Origin: an uncultured Gemmatimonadales bacterium
Lineage (GTDB): Bacteria > Gemmatimonadota > Gemmatimonadetes > Gemmatimonadales > GWC2-71-9
NCBI GenBank assembly: GCA_963795085.1
Contig: CAWCFX010000003.1
Location: 224,001 to 288,000, forward strand
Length of the DNA stretch: 64,000 nt
Direction of reading: 5' to 3'
Shown here: piece by piece, positions 26,257-36,235 of the stretch
Layout: every line of letters starts with the position of its first letter
Position numbering within the stretch: the first letter of the stretch is position 1
Position numbers and translations under genes: made by a program
The notes under the pieces: generated by a model
What the model saw: only the letters and a program-made list of their open reading frames with translations
Database searches by the model: none
Told to the model about the DNA's origin: nothing

Positions 26257-27745
26257 CTTCGTAAGTGTCGATCTGGGCCCGCTGGAGCTGGCCCGAGTAA
26301 TCGGCGTAGCAGACCTTGGTTTCCGAGTAGAAATGGAAGACCTCCCAGCCGCCTTCCCGGTGCCCGTTCCCGGTCTGCTTGACCCCGCCGAACGGCAGGT
26401 GCGCCTCGGCACCGATGGTCGGGGCATTGACGTAGGTAATCCCGTTGTCCAGGTCCCGCATCGCCCGGAAGGCCGCGCTGACATCCGCGGTGTAAATGGC
26501 ACTGGACAGCCCATAGCGAACGCCGTTGTTGACCCGGATCGCCTCGGCCAGGGACCCGACCCGGATGACGCTGAGCAGCGGCCCGAAGATTTCCTCCTGG
26601 GCCAGCCGGGAGCCGGGCTTGACCCCGGCAAACACGGTGGGCTGGTAGAAGAAGCCGTGCCGGGTGGCGGCGCTCCGGGGACGTTTTCCTCCGGTGACCA
26701 GTTCCGCCCCCTCCGCGCGGCCGATCTCGACGTATCGCTCGACCTTCTGGCGGGCCGCTTCATGGATCAGGGGCCCGACGTCGGTGCGGAGCTGGTGCCC
26801 GTCGCCCAGCCGCAACGCCTCGGCGGCCTCCACGACCCGACGGAGGAGGCGATCATGCACGGCGCGATGGACAATGAGCCGGCTGGTGGCGGTGCAGCGC
26901 TGCCCGGTGGTGCCGAAGGCACCCCACAGGACGCCCTCCAGCGCCAGGTCCAGGTCGGCATCGGCCATCACGATCATGGCGTTCTTGCCGCCCATTTCCA
27001 GCGAGAGCCGCTTGTGCATCCGGCCGCAGGTCTCGCCGATCATGGCGCCCGTCGCGGTGCTGCCGGTAAACGAAATCACCGGGACTTCGGGATGCTCGAC
27101 CAGGGCCCGGCCGGCAACCGCTCCCCGCCCGTGGACCAATTGAACCACGTCGGGCGGGAATCCCGCTTCCAGGACCAGTTCCACCAGGCGGTGGGAGGTA
27201 TGCGGGACGTCTTCGGACGGCTTGAGCACCACCGGGTTTCCGCACAGCAAGGCGGGGAACATCTTCCAGGTGGGGATGGCCAGGGGGAAGTTGAACGGCG
27301 TGATCAGCCCCGCCACGCCGATGGGCCGGCGATAGCTCATCGCCCACTTGTCCTGGAGTTCGGAGGGAACAGTATGGCCAAAGAGCCGCCGGCCCTCGGT
27401 GGCCGCATAGTAGGCGGTGTCGATGCCTTCCTGAACGTCGCCGCGGGTCTCGGCGAGCACTTTACCCATCTCCCGGGTCATGGACCGGGCCAGTGTTTCC
27501 TTGTTGGCGAGGAGCAGGTCGCCCAGCCGGCGAAGCAGGTCGCCACGAACCGGGGCCGGCGTGCGCGACCAGGCCGGGAAGGCGGCCTGGGCTGAGCGGA
27601 CCGCGGCGCGGACATCGGCGGGACCCGACTCCGGAAAACGCCCGACCAGGTCCCGGGTGTCCGCCGGATTCCGGTTCTCGAACCACGCCCCGGTGGAGGG
27701 ATCGACCCACTTGCCGCCGATCAGATTCTTGAAGGTCTTCGCCAC
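26252..27745 (-). CDS. NAD(P)-dependent aldehyde dehydrogenase
   Basis: ITPFNFP, KPSE, FTGS, LEMGGKN, GQRCT, EEIFGP, PFGG; GTG start at 27745. Confidence 0.95.
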   Translation of the reverse strand: MAKTFKNLIGGKWVDPSTGAWFENRNPADTRDLVGRFPESGPADVRAAVRSAQAAFPAWSRTPAPVRGDLLRRLGDLLLANKETLARSMTREMGKVLAETRGDVQEGIDTAYYAATEGRRLFGHTVPSELQDKWAMSYRRPIGVAGLITPFNFPLAIPTWKMFPALLCGNPVVLKPSEDVPHTSHRLVELVLEAGFPPDVVQLVHGRGAVAGRALVEHPEVPVISFTGSTATGAMIGETCGRMHKRLSLEMGGKNAMIVMADADLDLALEGVLWGAFGTTGQRCTATSRLIVHRAVHDRLLRRVVEAAEALRLGDGHQLRTDVGPLIHEAARQKVERYVEIGRAEGAELVTGGKRPRSAATRHGFFYQPTVFAGVKPGSRLAQEEIFGPLLSVIRVGSLAEAIRVNNGVRYGLSSAIYTADVSAAFRAMRDLDNGITYVNAPTIGAEAHLPFGGVKQTGNGHREGGWEVFHFYSETKVCYADYSGQLQRAQIDTYEV

Positions 27746-27802
27746 GCTGCCCTTTCTCCCGCTCGCGTCTCGCACGTTCCGCACCCCCGTGTCCGTCACT
27801 CC

Positions 27803-28233
27803 TCAGGGGCACAGCCAACTCGCCGACTGCCGGGCATAACCGGTCCGCGGCAGCACCTCGCGGGCCACCAGGACCAGGCCCGCAAGCACGACCAGCATCG
27901 CCATGGTGTGGGCCAGCCCCATGCGGCGGCGCCAACTGGACAGCGCGCCCCAGAGCCCGGCGATCACGACCACGCCGGCCGCGCCCAGGTACAGGAAGAG
28001 CCAAAGGCCGCAGCCGTGGCTGTAGGGCCACTGGGTCATGCCCGCGGCCAGCAATCCGCCGAGGAGGACCTGGAACCAGGTGCCCAGGGCGGCCTTGCGC
28101 CCGCCCGGCGCCGGAAGGGTCCGGCCGGACGATGGAGCGGCGGGCACCGGGGCCGCCGCACCGGTCGGAGCCGGGCCCCGGGCGATGACCTTGTCGATCT
28201 CGGCCATTTCCTTGTCCCAGTCGCGGCCGGCGC

Positions 28234-28237
<4 letters not shown>
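27803..28237 (-). CDS. Small membrane protein (three TM helices), unknown function
   Basis: RDWDKEMAEIDK N-terminus; GTGA overlap with the upstream regulator gene. Confidence 0.6.
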
Positions 28238-29600
<1,363 letters not shown>

Positions 29601-29604
<4 letters not shown>

Positions 29605-30245
29605 GATTCGGTCGTCGATCCAAAGAGAGACACACCGCCGGGCCGGATCCGGACGGCTCGCAGGCCGCGGGGAACGACCAGGGGAACTTCCGACGAGTGC
29701 GACCCGAGCGCCTGCTCCAGGAGCCGGGGGATCATTTCACGGGGGAAAGGAAACCCGCCCAAGGCGAGACGGTCCACGATCCACACCGCCCGGCCTGGTT
29801 CAACCAGCTCCACCGTTCCCTCCGCGCTCAGGTGCTCCCGTTCGTCGACCATGGATTCGAGGGGGCCCAGCGCGTTCCGGGGAATCCGGTCGGTGAGCAG
29901 CGACGCCTCGATGCCGATCCGTCCCTCTTTCAGCACCACGGAGATGGAATCGACCTGGTGCCGAAAGGCCGGATCCAGCCCGGCGTGAACCAGCGACGCC
30001 ATCTCGGCGGCGGTCAGAACCACGGAGTCTGCCCGCCAGGCATTCAGCGAGTCAATCTTGTCGAGCGCACGCCGGGCCCCGCCATCGCTGGGATGGCCCA
30101 CCGCGTCCGCGGCAGCCGGGCCCCGGCCGGGGAATCGCTCGACGTAATCAAAGATCCGGTCCCGGTAGAGGTAGCCGGCGGCGACGACCAGGACCAGGCC
30201 CAGGCAGCCGAGCAGCCTGAAGGGAAGCGTCAGGCAGCCGCGCAT
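29601..30245 (-). CDS. Hypothetical membrane-anchored protein
   Basis: N-terminal MRGCL plus TM helix; ATGA overlap with the regulator gene. Confidence 0.6.
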
Positions 30246-30799
30246 GGGGTCAGGGCGAAAGTGTGGAGAGCGCTGTACACGGATCCGCGGGAGCCCGGCC
30301 GGCTCTGGAACAGGACGATTTGGTCGGCGAGGAAGGGAATATCCGCCGGCTGGCTCACGCCTGCCATGGCCTCACGAGTGAGCCGGCTGCCCTCCTTCAC
30401 CCGGCCCAGCGTAATGTGGGGGCGGAAGGGCCGGCCCTCCACCGGGAATCCCAACGGCACACAGGCTCGCTCAATCGCATCCTGCAGCAATTCCAGGGAG
30501 CCGGGCGCTTCCAGCCCGATCCAGATGACCTTGGCCCGCTGCCCCAGGGGAAAGGTGGCCAGTCCGGTGGCGTTGAGCGCCATGGGGCCGATACCCTCCG
30601 TCGCCGACCGCAGCACGCCAGCCAGCGCTTCGGCCTGGTTCGGCTCGACGGAACCGAAGAACTTGAGGGTAAGGTGCAGCCCCTCCGGCCGAACCCAGCG
30701 CACCGGCCAGTCGCGGGAGGCAAGGTCTTCCAGGATGGCCGCCAGGAGAGAACGGGCCGGCTCCGGCACCGGCAATGCCGCGAAGAGCCGGATGCTCAC
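30230..30799 (-). CDS. thpR: RNA 2',3'-cyclic phosphodiesterase (2H family)
   Basis: RLFAAL; two HxT motifs (LHLTLKF, PHITLGR). Confidence 0.9.
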   Translation of the reverse strand: MSIRLFAALPVPEPARSLLAAILEDLASRDWPVRWVRPEGLHLTLKFFGSVEPNQAEALAGVLRSATEGIGPMALNATGLATFPLGQRAKVIWIGLEAPGSLELLQDAIERACVPLGFPVEGRPFRPHITLGRVKEGSRLTREAMAGVSQPADIPFLADQIVLFQSRPGSRGSVYSALHTFALTPCAAA

Positions 30800-31599
30800 G
30801 GGGCGCCGAGCACGGTCAGCAGCGATCCCCGCCGGTACCCTCGCGGGTCCAACTCGACACCGGCGAGGCCCAGGCCGGTAAAGAACCGCTGGATGCGGTC
30901 CCAATCGGCTCGCATCGCCTGCTGCCCGGCAGCGCTCGCCTCGATGCGAACCCGGTCGCCATGATGGCGGACCCGGAGATCGCCCTCGATACCCAGGTCC
31001 CGGAGAAACGTCTCGCCCGCTTCGACCTGCTGGAGCCGTGCGGGCGTGACCGGGAGACCGTACTGGATCCGGCTCGATAGACAAGGGGAAGCAGGGGCGT
31101 CCCAGCATGGCAGATCGAGTTCGCGGGCTGCGGCGCGAACATCGTCCTTGGACCACCCCAGCTCCGCCAGCGGAGAGCGGACCGCGGTCTCCGCGGCAGC
31201 CTTGAGCCCGGGGCGGTGCTCGCCCAGATCATCCAGGTTGGTGCCATCGATAATGGTGTCGAAGCCGATCTCCCCAGCCACCCGGGCAAGCACCGACCAG
31301 AGTTCGCTCTTGCAGAAGTAGCAGCGGTTGACCGGGTTGGCGAGGTAGCGGGGATCTTCCATTTCGCGGGTTGCCGCTTCCCGCACCGGAACGCCGAACC
31401 GTTTCGCGATGGCGAGCGCCGTGGCGTACTGCGCCTCCGGGTAGGATGGACTCCGGCCGATGACCGCGAGGAAATGTTGCGGGCCGAGCGCCCGGGTCCC
31501 CGCCACGGCCAGCACCGCGGAGTCCACGCCGCCGGAGTAACCGAGCAGGATGCGGCCCAGGGTGGCCAGGTGAGATTGCAGGTCCGCGAGCGCGCGCAT
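30796..31599 (-). CDS. larE: LarE-family ATP-dependent sulfur transferase
   Basis: PP-loop YSGGVDS, NRCYFCK, DGTNLDD, RPG, SPCLSSR, LRVRHHG, GYRRGS. Confidence 0.9.
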   Translation of the reverse strand: MRALADLQSHLATLGRILLGYSGGVDSAVLAVAGTRALGPQHFLAVIGRSPSYPEAQYATALAIAKRFGVPVREAATREMEDPRYLANPVNRCYFCKSELWSVLARVAGEIGFDTIIDGTNLDDLGEHRPGLKAAAETAVRSPLAELGWSKDDVRAAARELDLPCWDAPASPCLSSRIQYGLPVTPARLQQVEAGETFLRDLGIEGDLRVRHHGDRVRIEASAAGQQAMRADWDRIQRFFTGLGLAGVELDPRGYRRGSLLTVLGAP

Positions 31600-31674
31600 G
31601 GCTGAAACGTAATCCTCCACCCCCGGTACGGAAGCGCCGTGCGACACCTCCGGTTCCCCGTTACGTTTCCGGTC

Positions 31675-32091
31675 GTGATCATTACTCCGGATCTCTCGGT
31701 CAGCGACGATGAACTCGTCTACCGGGCCACCCGTTCCGGCGGGCCTGGCGGCCAGCATGTCAACACCTCCTCGACCCGGATCGAGCTCCGGTGGGACCTC
31801 GACGGCAGCCCCAGCCTCGGCGAGGAGCAGCGGGCCTGGCTGCGCCAGCGGCTGGCTTCCCGGCTCGACTCTGCCGGACAGCTCCGCCTGGTGTCCACCG
31901 GAAGCCGGAGCCAGCTGCAGAACCGGAAAGACGTTACCGAGCGGTTTCGCGACCTCCTGGCCCGGGCAATGGTGGTGCCCCGTGCCCGCAAGAAGACCCG
32001 GCCGACCCGGGCGGCCCGGGAACGGCGCCTCACCGGCAAGAAGAAGCAATCCGCGAAGAAGGCCCTGCGGCGGCCCCCCGACGACGAATAG
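31675..32091 (+). CDS. arfB: Alternative ribosome-rescue peptidyl-tRNA hydrolase
   Basis: RSGGPGGQHVN, RSQLQNR, basic C-terminal tail RKKTRPT...KK. Confidence 0.93.
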   Translation: MIITPDLSVSDDELVYRATRSGGPGGQHVNTSSTRIELRWDLDGSPSLGEEQRAWLRQRLASRLDSAGQLRLVSTGSRSQLQNRKDVTERFRDLLARAMVVPRARKKTRPTRAARERRLTGKKKQSAKKALRRPPDDE

Positions 32092-32103
32092 AAAGGGAAG
32101 ACG

Positions 32104-32610
32104 GTGGCGGTCACCGAAGTGCTGCGCACCTACCTGGAAATGCGGAATCCGGGCGACCTGGCCGGGGCGGCCCTGCCGGCCACCGGCACCCTCCAGCCGG
32201 TGCGGGACTGCCCGGTTTCCTTTTATCGCTTCCTGTATCGCGAAGTGGGCCGGCACTATCACTGGCGCGACCGGCTGGCCTGGACCGACGACCAGGTCCG
32301 GGCCTGGCTGGCCGATCCGGCCAATACCCTCCACGTCCTCTACATGCACGGCGCCCCAGCCGGATATTTCGAGTTGCGCATGGACACCGAGCAGAACGTG
32401 GAGATAGCCTATTTCGGATTGCTGCCCGAATATCTCGGCCGCGGGCTGGGCAAGGGGATGCTGTCGGAAGCGGTCCTGGCGGGGTGGGGCCGCGGGGCGC
32501 GCCGGGTATGGCTCCACACCTGCTCGCTGGACGACCCGGCGGCGCTGCCCAACTACCTCAAGCGGGGATTCAAGGCCTTCAAGGAAGAGCGGTACGAGAC
32601 CACCCTCTGA
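32104..32610 (+). CDS. GNAT family N-acetyltransferase
   Basis: YFGLLPEYLGRGLGK, WLHTCSLDDP-x-ALPNY-x2-RGF. Confidence 0.88.
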   Translation: MAVTEVLRTYLEMRNPGDLAGAALPATGTLQPVRDCPVSFYRFLYREVGRHYHWRDRLAWTDDQVRAWLADPANTLHVLYMHGAPAGYFELRMDTEQNVEIAYFGLLPEYLGRGLGKGMLSEAVLAGWGRGARRVWLHTCSLDDPAALPNYLKRGFKAFKEERYETTL

Positions 32611-33778
32611 GCCTGGAAATGGCCCAGATGCCCCCAGCGGGACCGGCTGCCAGGAGAACAAAGGCCCAGCGCCAACCCAGCGCGCCGGCCGCCACCGGCA
32701 CCAATTGAATGGTCGCCATCGTCAGGAGAAAACCGAGGGAAACCTGCAGGGTCAGAGCGGTGCCGACGGCGTGGGGCGGTGTCACCTCGGTGATCATGGC
32801 ACTGAATTGCGCCGAATCGGAGACGATGAAAAACCCCCACACCATGGCGAGGGGAACCAGGACCCAGAAGCTGGCGCCGAAGACCAGGCCAATACCCAGC
32901 GAGACCGTGCCACTGACTGCCATGGAAACCGTCACGACCCGGGCGTACCCCCACCGCCCCGCCATCCAGCCGCCCCAGACGGCGCCGGCGCCCCCCGACG
33001 CGATGATAAGAAACGATGCAAGATCCACCAGTCCAGGGGGAACGGGTGACCCCCGCTCCGACAGGCTGGCGCCGAGGAAGGCAGGAATCCAGGTCCACAT
33101 GGCGTAGAGTTCCCACATGTGGCCCAGATACCCTCCGGTCGCCAGCTGGGTGGGCCGATGGCGGAGCACGGTCAGGGCCAGACTCCAGGAAAAGGGGCGC
33201 CGGGGAAAGGGGAAAGGCCCATCGCGGTACCCGGCGCCGACCAGGACGGCCGACAGCACGGCGCCGGCGGAGGCGGCCAGCAGGACACCGTCGGCTCCGA
33301 TAGCAAACGAGCGAACGAGATAGGGGAAGGCCTTCCCGGTGGTGAGCGCGGCGACCAGGATGCCAATGGCGAGCCCCCGCTGGGCCTGGAACCAGGTGGC
33401 CAGCATCTTCATGGCGGGCGGATAGACGCCCGCGAGGAAGAAGCCGGTCAGGAATCGGAGCAGCAGCCCGGCCTCGTACCCGGGTGCGATAGGGAGGAAC
33501 GCATTGGCCAGCGCGGCCAGCAGCGCGGAGGCGGCGAAGTAGCCCCGCGCCGGGAGGATGTCCGCCAGGTTGAGCAGCGCGGCGGCCGCGGTGCCGGCCA
33601 CGAACCCGACCTGCACGACCGCGGTGAGCCAGCCAGCCTGGGCGGCGGACAGATGCCATTGCGCCCGCAGGTCGGGCGCGGCCGCGTTAGCCCCGAACCA
33701 GAGCGACATCCCCAGGAATTCCGCCACTGCCAGCAGGGCAAGGATCCGCCAGCGGTCCCGGTCCGCCGGCGGGCTCAT
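32579..33778 (-). CDS. MFS transporter
   Basis: About 12 TM helices; RFLTGFFLAGVYPPAMK, GYLGHMWELYAMW, DSAQFSA. Confidence 0.88.
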   Translation of the reverse strand: MSPPADRDRWRILALLAVAEFLGMSLWFGANAAAPDLRAQWHLSAAQAGWLTAVVQVGFVAGTAAAALLNLADILPARGYFAASALLAALANAFLPIAPGYEAGLLLRFLTGFFLAGVYPPAMKMLATWFQAQRGLAIGILVAALTTGKAFPYLVRSFAIGADGVLLAASAGAVLSAVLVGAGYRDGPFPFPRRPFSWSLALTVLRHRPTQLATGGYLGHMWELYAMWTWIPAFLGASLSERGSPVPPGLVDLASFLIIASGGAGAVWGGWMAGRWGYARVVTVSMAVSGTVSLGIGLVFGASFWVLVPLAMVWGFFIVSDSAQFSAMITEVTPPHAVGTALTLQVSLGFLLTMATIQLVPVAAGALGWRWAFVLLAAGPAGGIWAISRLRGWSRTALP

Positions 33779-35703
33779 GACTCCAGTTCGTCCTGCGCCG
33801 CTGCCCACGACTCGAAGGCCCGGTCCAGTTCCGTCTTGAGCCCGTCCAGTTCCTGGCCCATCTGCGCGGCCCGCTTCCCTCCCTCGGCCGTGGTGTAGAG
33901 GTCGGGCTGCTCCAGCTCCGCCGTCAGTTCCGCAATCGCCGATTCCAGGGTCGCCACCCGGGCTTCGGCCTCCTCCAGTTTTCGGCGGCTGGCTCGCCGT
34001 CCGGCCTGCTGTTCTTTCCCGGCGGCCTGGGCCCGGCGCGTCCGCTGTTTTTCCGCCAGCAAGCGGCGATGTTCTTCTTCCTCCGCGGCCACCCGGGCGG
34101 CGTGGGCCCGCTCCCCGCTGACGGTCTCCCACTCGCCGAAACTGCCGTCAAAATCGGTGATCCGCCCTTGATGGAGCACCCACAGGCGGGTGGCAAGACC
34201 ACGAAGCAGTGCCCGGTCGTGGCTGACCAGCAGGACGGTGCCGTCGTATTCGTCAATCGCATCTTCGAGCGCCTCGATGGTCTCGACGTCGAGGTGGTTG
34301 GTCGGCTCGTCGAAGATGAGCAGGTTGGCGCCGCTCAGCATCAGCATGGCGAGGGCGACCCGGGCCCGCTCTCCGCCGGACAGCGTGCCGCCCTTGCGTT
34401 GCACGGTATCGCCGGAGAATCCGAAGCGGCCGAGGTGACCCTGGATCTGGCCCCGGTTCCATTGGGGCCGCAGGTCGTTGATGATGTCGTAGAGGGTGCG
34501 GTCGGCCGGAACCTGGCTCAGGTCCTGCCGGTAGTACGCCACCGTCACGGCGTTTCCCACCCGCAGGGTGCCTTCGTCCACCGGCCGCTCGCCCATCAGG
34601 GCCCGCAGCAGGGTGCTCTTTCCCGCCCCGTTGGGGCCCAGCAAGGCGAGCACTTCCTCCCGTTCCAGCCGGCCCGAAAAATCCCGGACCAGCGAGCGGT
34701 CGCCGATCCGGATGGTGGCCCGGTCCGCTACCACCACCTGGTCGCCGCCCCGGGCATCGGCCGCAAGGCGCAGCGACATCACCGCCCCCTCGCCGGGGGG
34801 AGGACTCAAGCGGGAGACCCGCTCCAGCCGGCGCCGCCGTCCCTTGGCCTGCCGGCTGCTGCCCCCCGCGATGTTGCGGCGGATGAAATCCTCCTCGGCG
34901 GCCAGCGCACCCCGCTGCTTGTCGAAGGCGCGCTGCTGGGAAAGCCGCCGCTCGGTCCGTTGCCGGACGAACGCATCATACCCCGCCGCGTAGGCGACGG
35001 CGGTGCGGTCTTCAACGTGGAGAATGTGGCTCGCAACCGCCTGCAGGAAAGCCCGGTCGTGACTGATCACCAGGATGGTGGCGTCGCTGCCCCGGAGATA
35101 CCCCTCGAGCCAGGCGGTGGTTTCGAGGTCGAGATGATTGGTCGGTTCGTCCAGCAGCAGCATGTCGGCGGGCGCGACCAGCTGGCGGGCCAGGCCCAGC
35201 CGCCCGCGTTCCCCCCCGCTCAGCGTATCCACCAGCCGGCTGCGCGCCTCCTCGGGATCGAACCCGAGGCCGTGGAGGACCGCGTCCACCCGGGGAGCAA
35301 ACGTGTAACCGCCCTCCCGCTCGAATCGCTCGAAGTCGCGGTCGTAGCGGGCCATCGCGGCGGGGGACGAATCGTGGGCGAGATCGTGGGCCTGATCGGC
35401 CAGGGAGCGTTCCAGCGCCAGCAACTCCCGGAACGGCCCCGCCGCCACTTCCCACACCGTCTCCTCATGCCCGAACGAGCGGTGTTGGTCCAGCACCGTC
35501 ACGCGCAGCCCGGAATCCCGCACCACCGAACCTCGGCTGGGTTCGAGGGTTCCCATGATGAGGTTGAAGAGCGTGGTTTTGCCGGATCCGTTGCGCCCCA
35601 CGACGCCCCAGCACTGGCGCCGCTCGACGGAGAAGGACACGTTCTCCAGGAGGGTGGTAGCCCCGAAGATGACGGCAACGCCGCTCAGTGCGAGCTGCGG
35701 CAT
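33775..35703 (-). CDS. ABC-F family ATPase (Uup/YheS-like) with C-terminal coiled coil
   Basis: Tandem NBDs: GRNGSGKT and GPNGAGKS, two LSGGE, two DEPTNHLD; no TM segments. Confidence 0.93.
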   Translation of the reverse strand: MPQLALSGVAVIFGATTLLENVSFSVERRQCWGVVGRNGSGKTTLFNLIMGTLEPSRGSVVRDSGLRVTVLDQHRSFGHEETVWEVAAGPFRELLALERSLADQAHDLAHDSSPAAMARYDRDFERFEREGGYTFAPRVDAVLHGLGFDPEEARSRLVDTLSGGERGRLGLARQLVAPADMLLLDEPTNHLDLETTAWLEGYLRGSDATILVISHDRAFLQAVASHILHVEDRTAVAYAAGYDAFVRQRTERRLSQQRAFDKQRGALAAEEDFIRRNIAGGSSRQAKGRRRRLERVSRLSPPPGEGAVMSLRLAADARGGDQVVVADRATIRIGDRSLVRDFSGRLEREEVLALLGPNGAGKSTLLRALMGERPVDEGTLRVGNAVTVAYYRQDLSQVPADRTLYDIINDLRPQWNRGQIQGHLGRFGFSGDTVQRKGGTLSGGERARVALAMLMLSGANLLIFDEPTNHLDVETIEALEDAIDEYDGTVLLVSHDRALLRGLATRLWVLHQGRITDFDGSFGEWETVSGERAHAARVAAEEEEHRRLLAEKQRTRRAQAAGKEQQAGRRASRRKLEEAEARVATLESAIAELTAELEQPDLYTTAEGGKRAAQMGQELDGLKTELDRAFESWAAAQDELES

Positions 35704-35704
35704 G

Positions 35705-36052
35705 CTACTTCCCCACCCACTGTTTCCAGGTGTCTTCCGCCAGCCCCACGGTGACCTGGTGCTGCTGCCGCACCAGCGGATTCACCAGCAGGCCCGGCTC
35801 ATCGGCCAGTTTCTCCAGCCAGCGATCCTCGGACAGGCGAGACGCGTGCAACCCCAGGTCGGCAAAGCGCCGCCCCCCCCGGTCCACCAGCGTCTCGACC
35901 CCGAACTTCTGGGCAAACCGGCGAAGTTCGCCGATGGATGCCGCCCGCTCGGACAGGTCCACGAAATGCACCTTGACTCTCCGTTCCGCGAAGAACCGGA
36001 GCGCCTTTCTGGTGTCGGGGTTTTTCTTGAAGCCGAAAATCTGGACGTCCAT
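35705..36052 (-). CDS. ArsC/Spx/MgsR-family thioredoxin-fold protein, no CxxC
   Basis: VQIFGFKKNPDTRKALRFFAERRV, GELRRF, PLVR, VTVG. Confidence 0.75.
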   Translation of the reverse strand: MDVQIFGFKKNPDTRKALRFFAERRVKVHFVDLSERAASIGELRRFAQKFGVETLVDRGGRRFADLGLHASRLSEDRWLEKLADEPGLLVNPLVRQQHQVTVGLAEDTWKQWVGK

Positions 36053-36235
36053 GCCGGAGCCGAGTGCCGGGAGCGGGGTGCAGGGGTGGTCGGGCCGGAA
36101 AGTAATCGCCCCGCGCCACCGGTGAGAATGCCGCGACAGCCGCCGGCCAGGCGATAGGGGACAACCACTTAGCTCCCTGTGCAAGTCTCCCCCCTCCCCG
36201 CATCTCCTGCCCGGTCGCCAAACCGGAGGATCCCC

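Noticed and set aside
36158..36189. GGGACAAC...GTCT as an ECF autoregulatory promoter; GGGACAA recurs at about 39992
   Set aside because: Spacing is longer than usual and the second copy lacks the -10 part; insufficient support.
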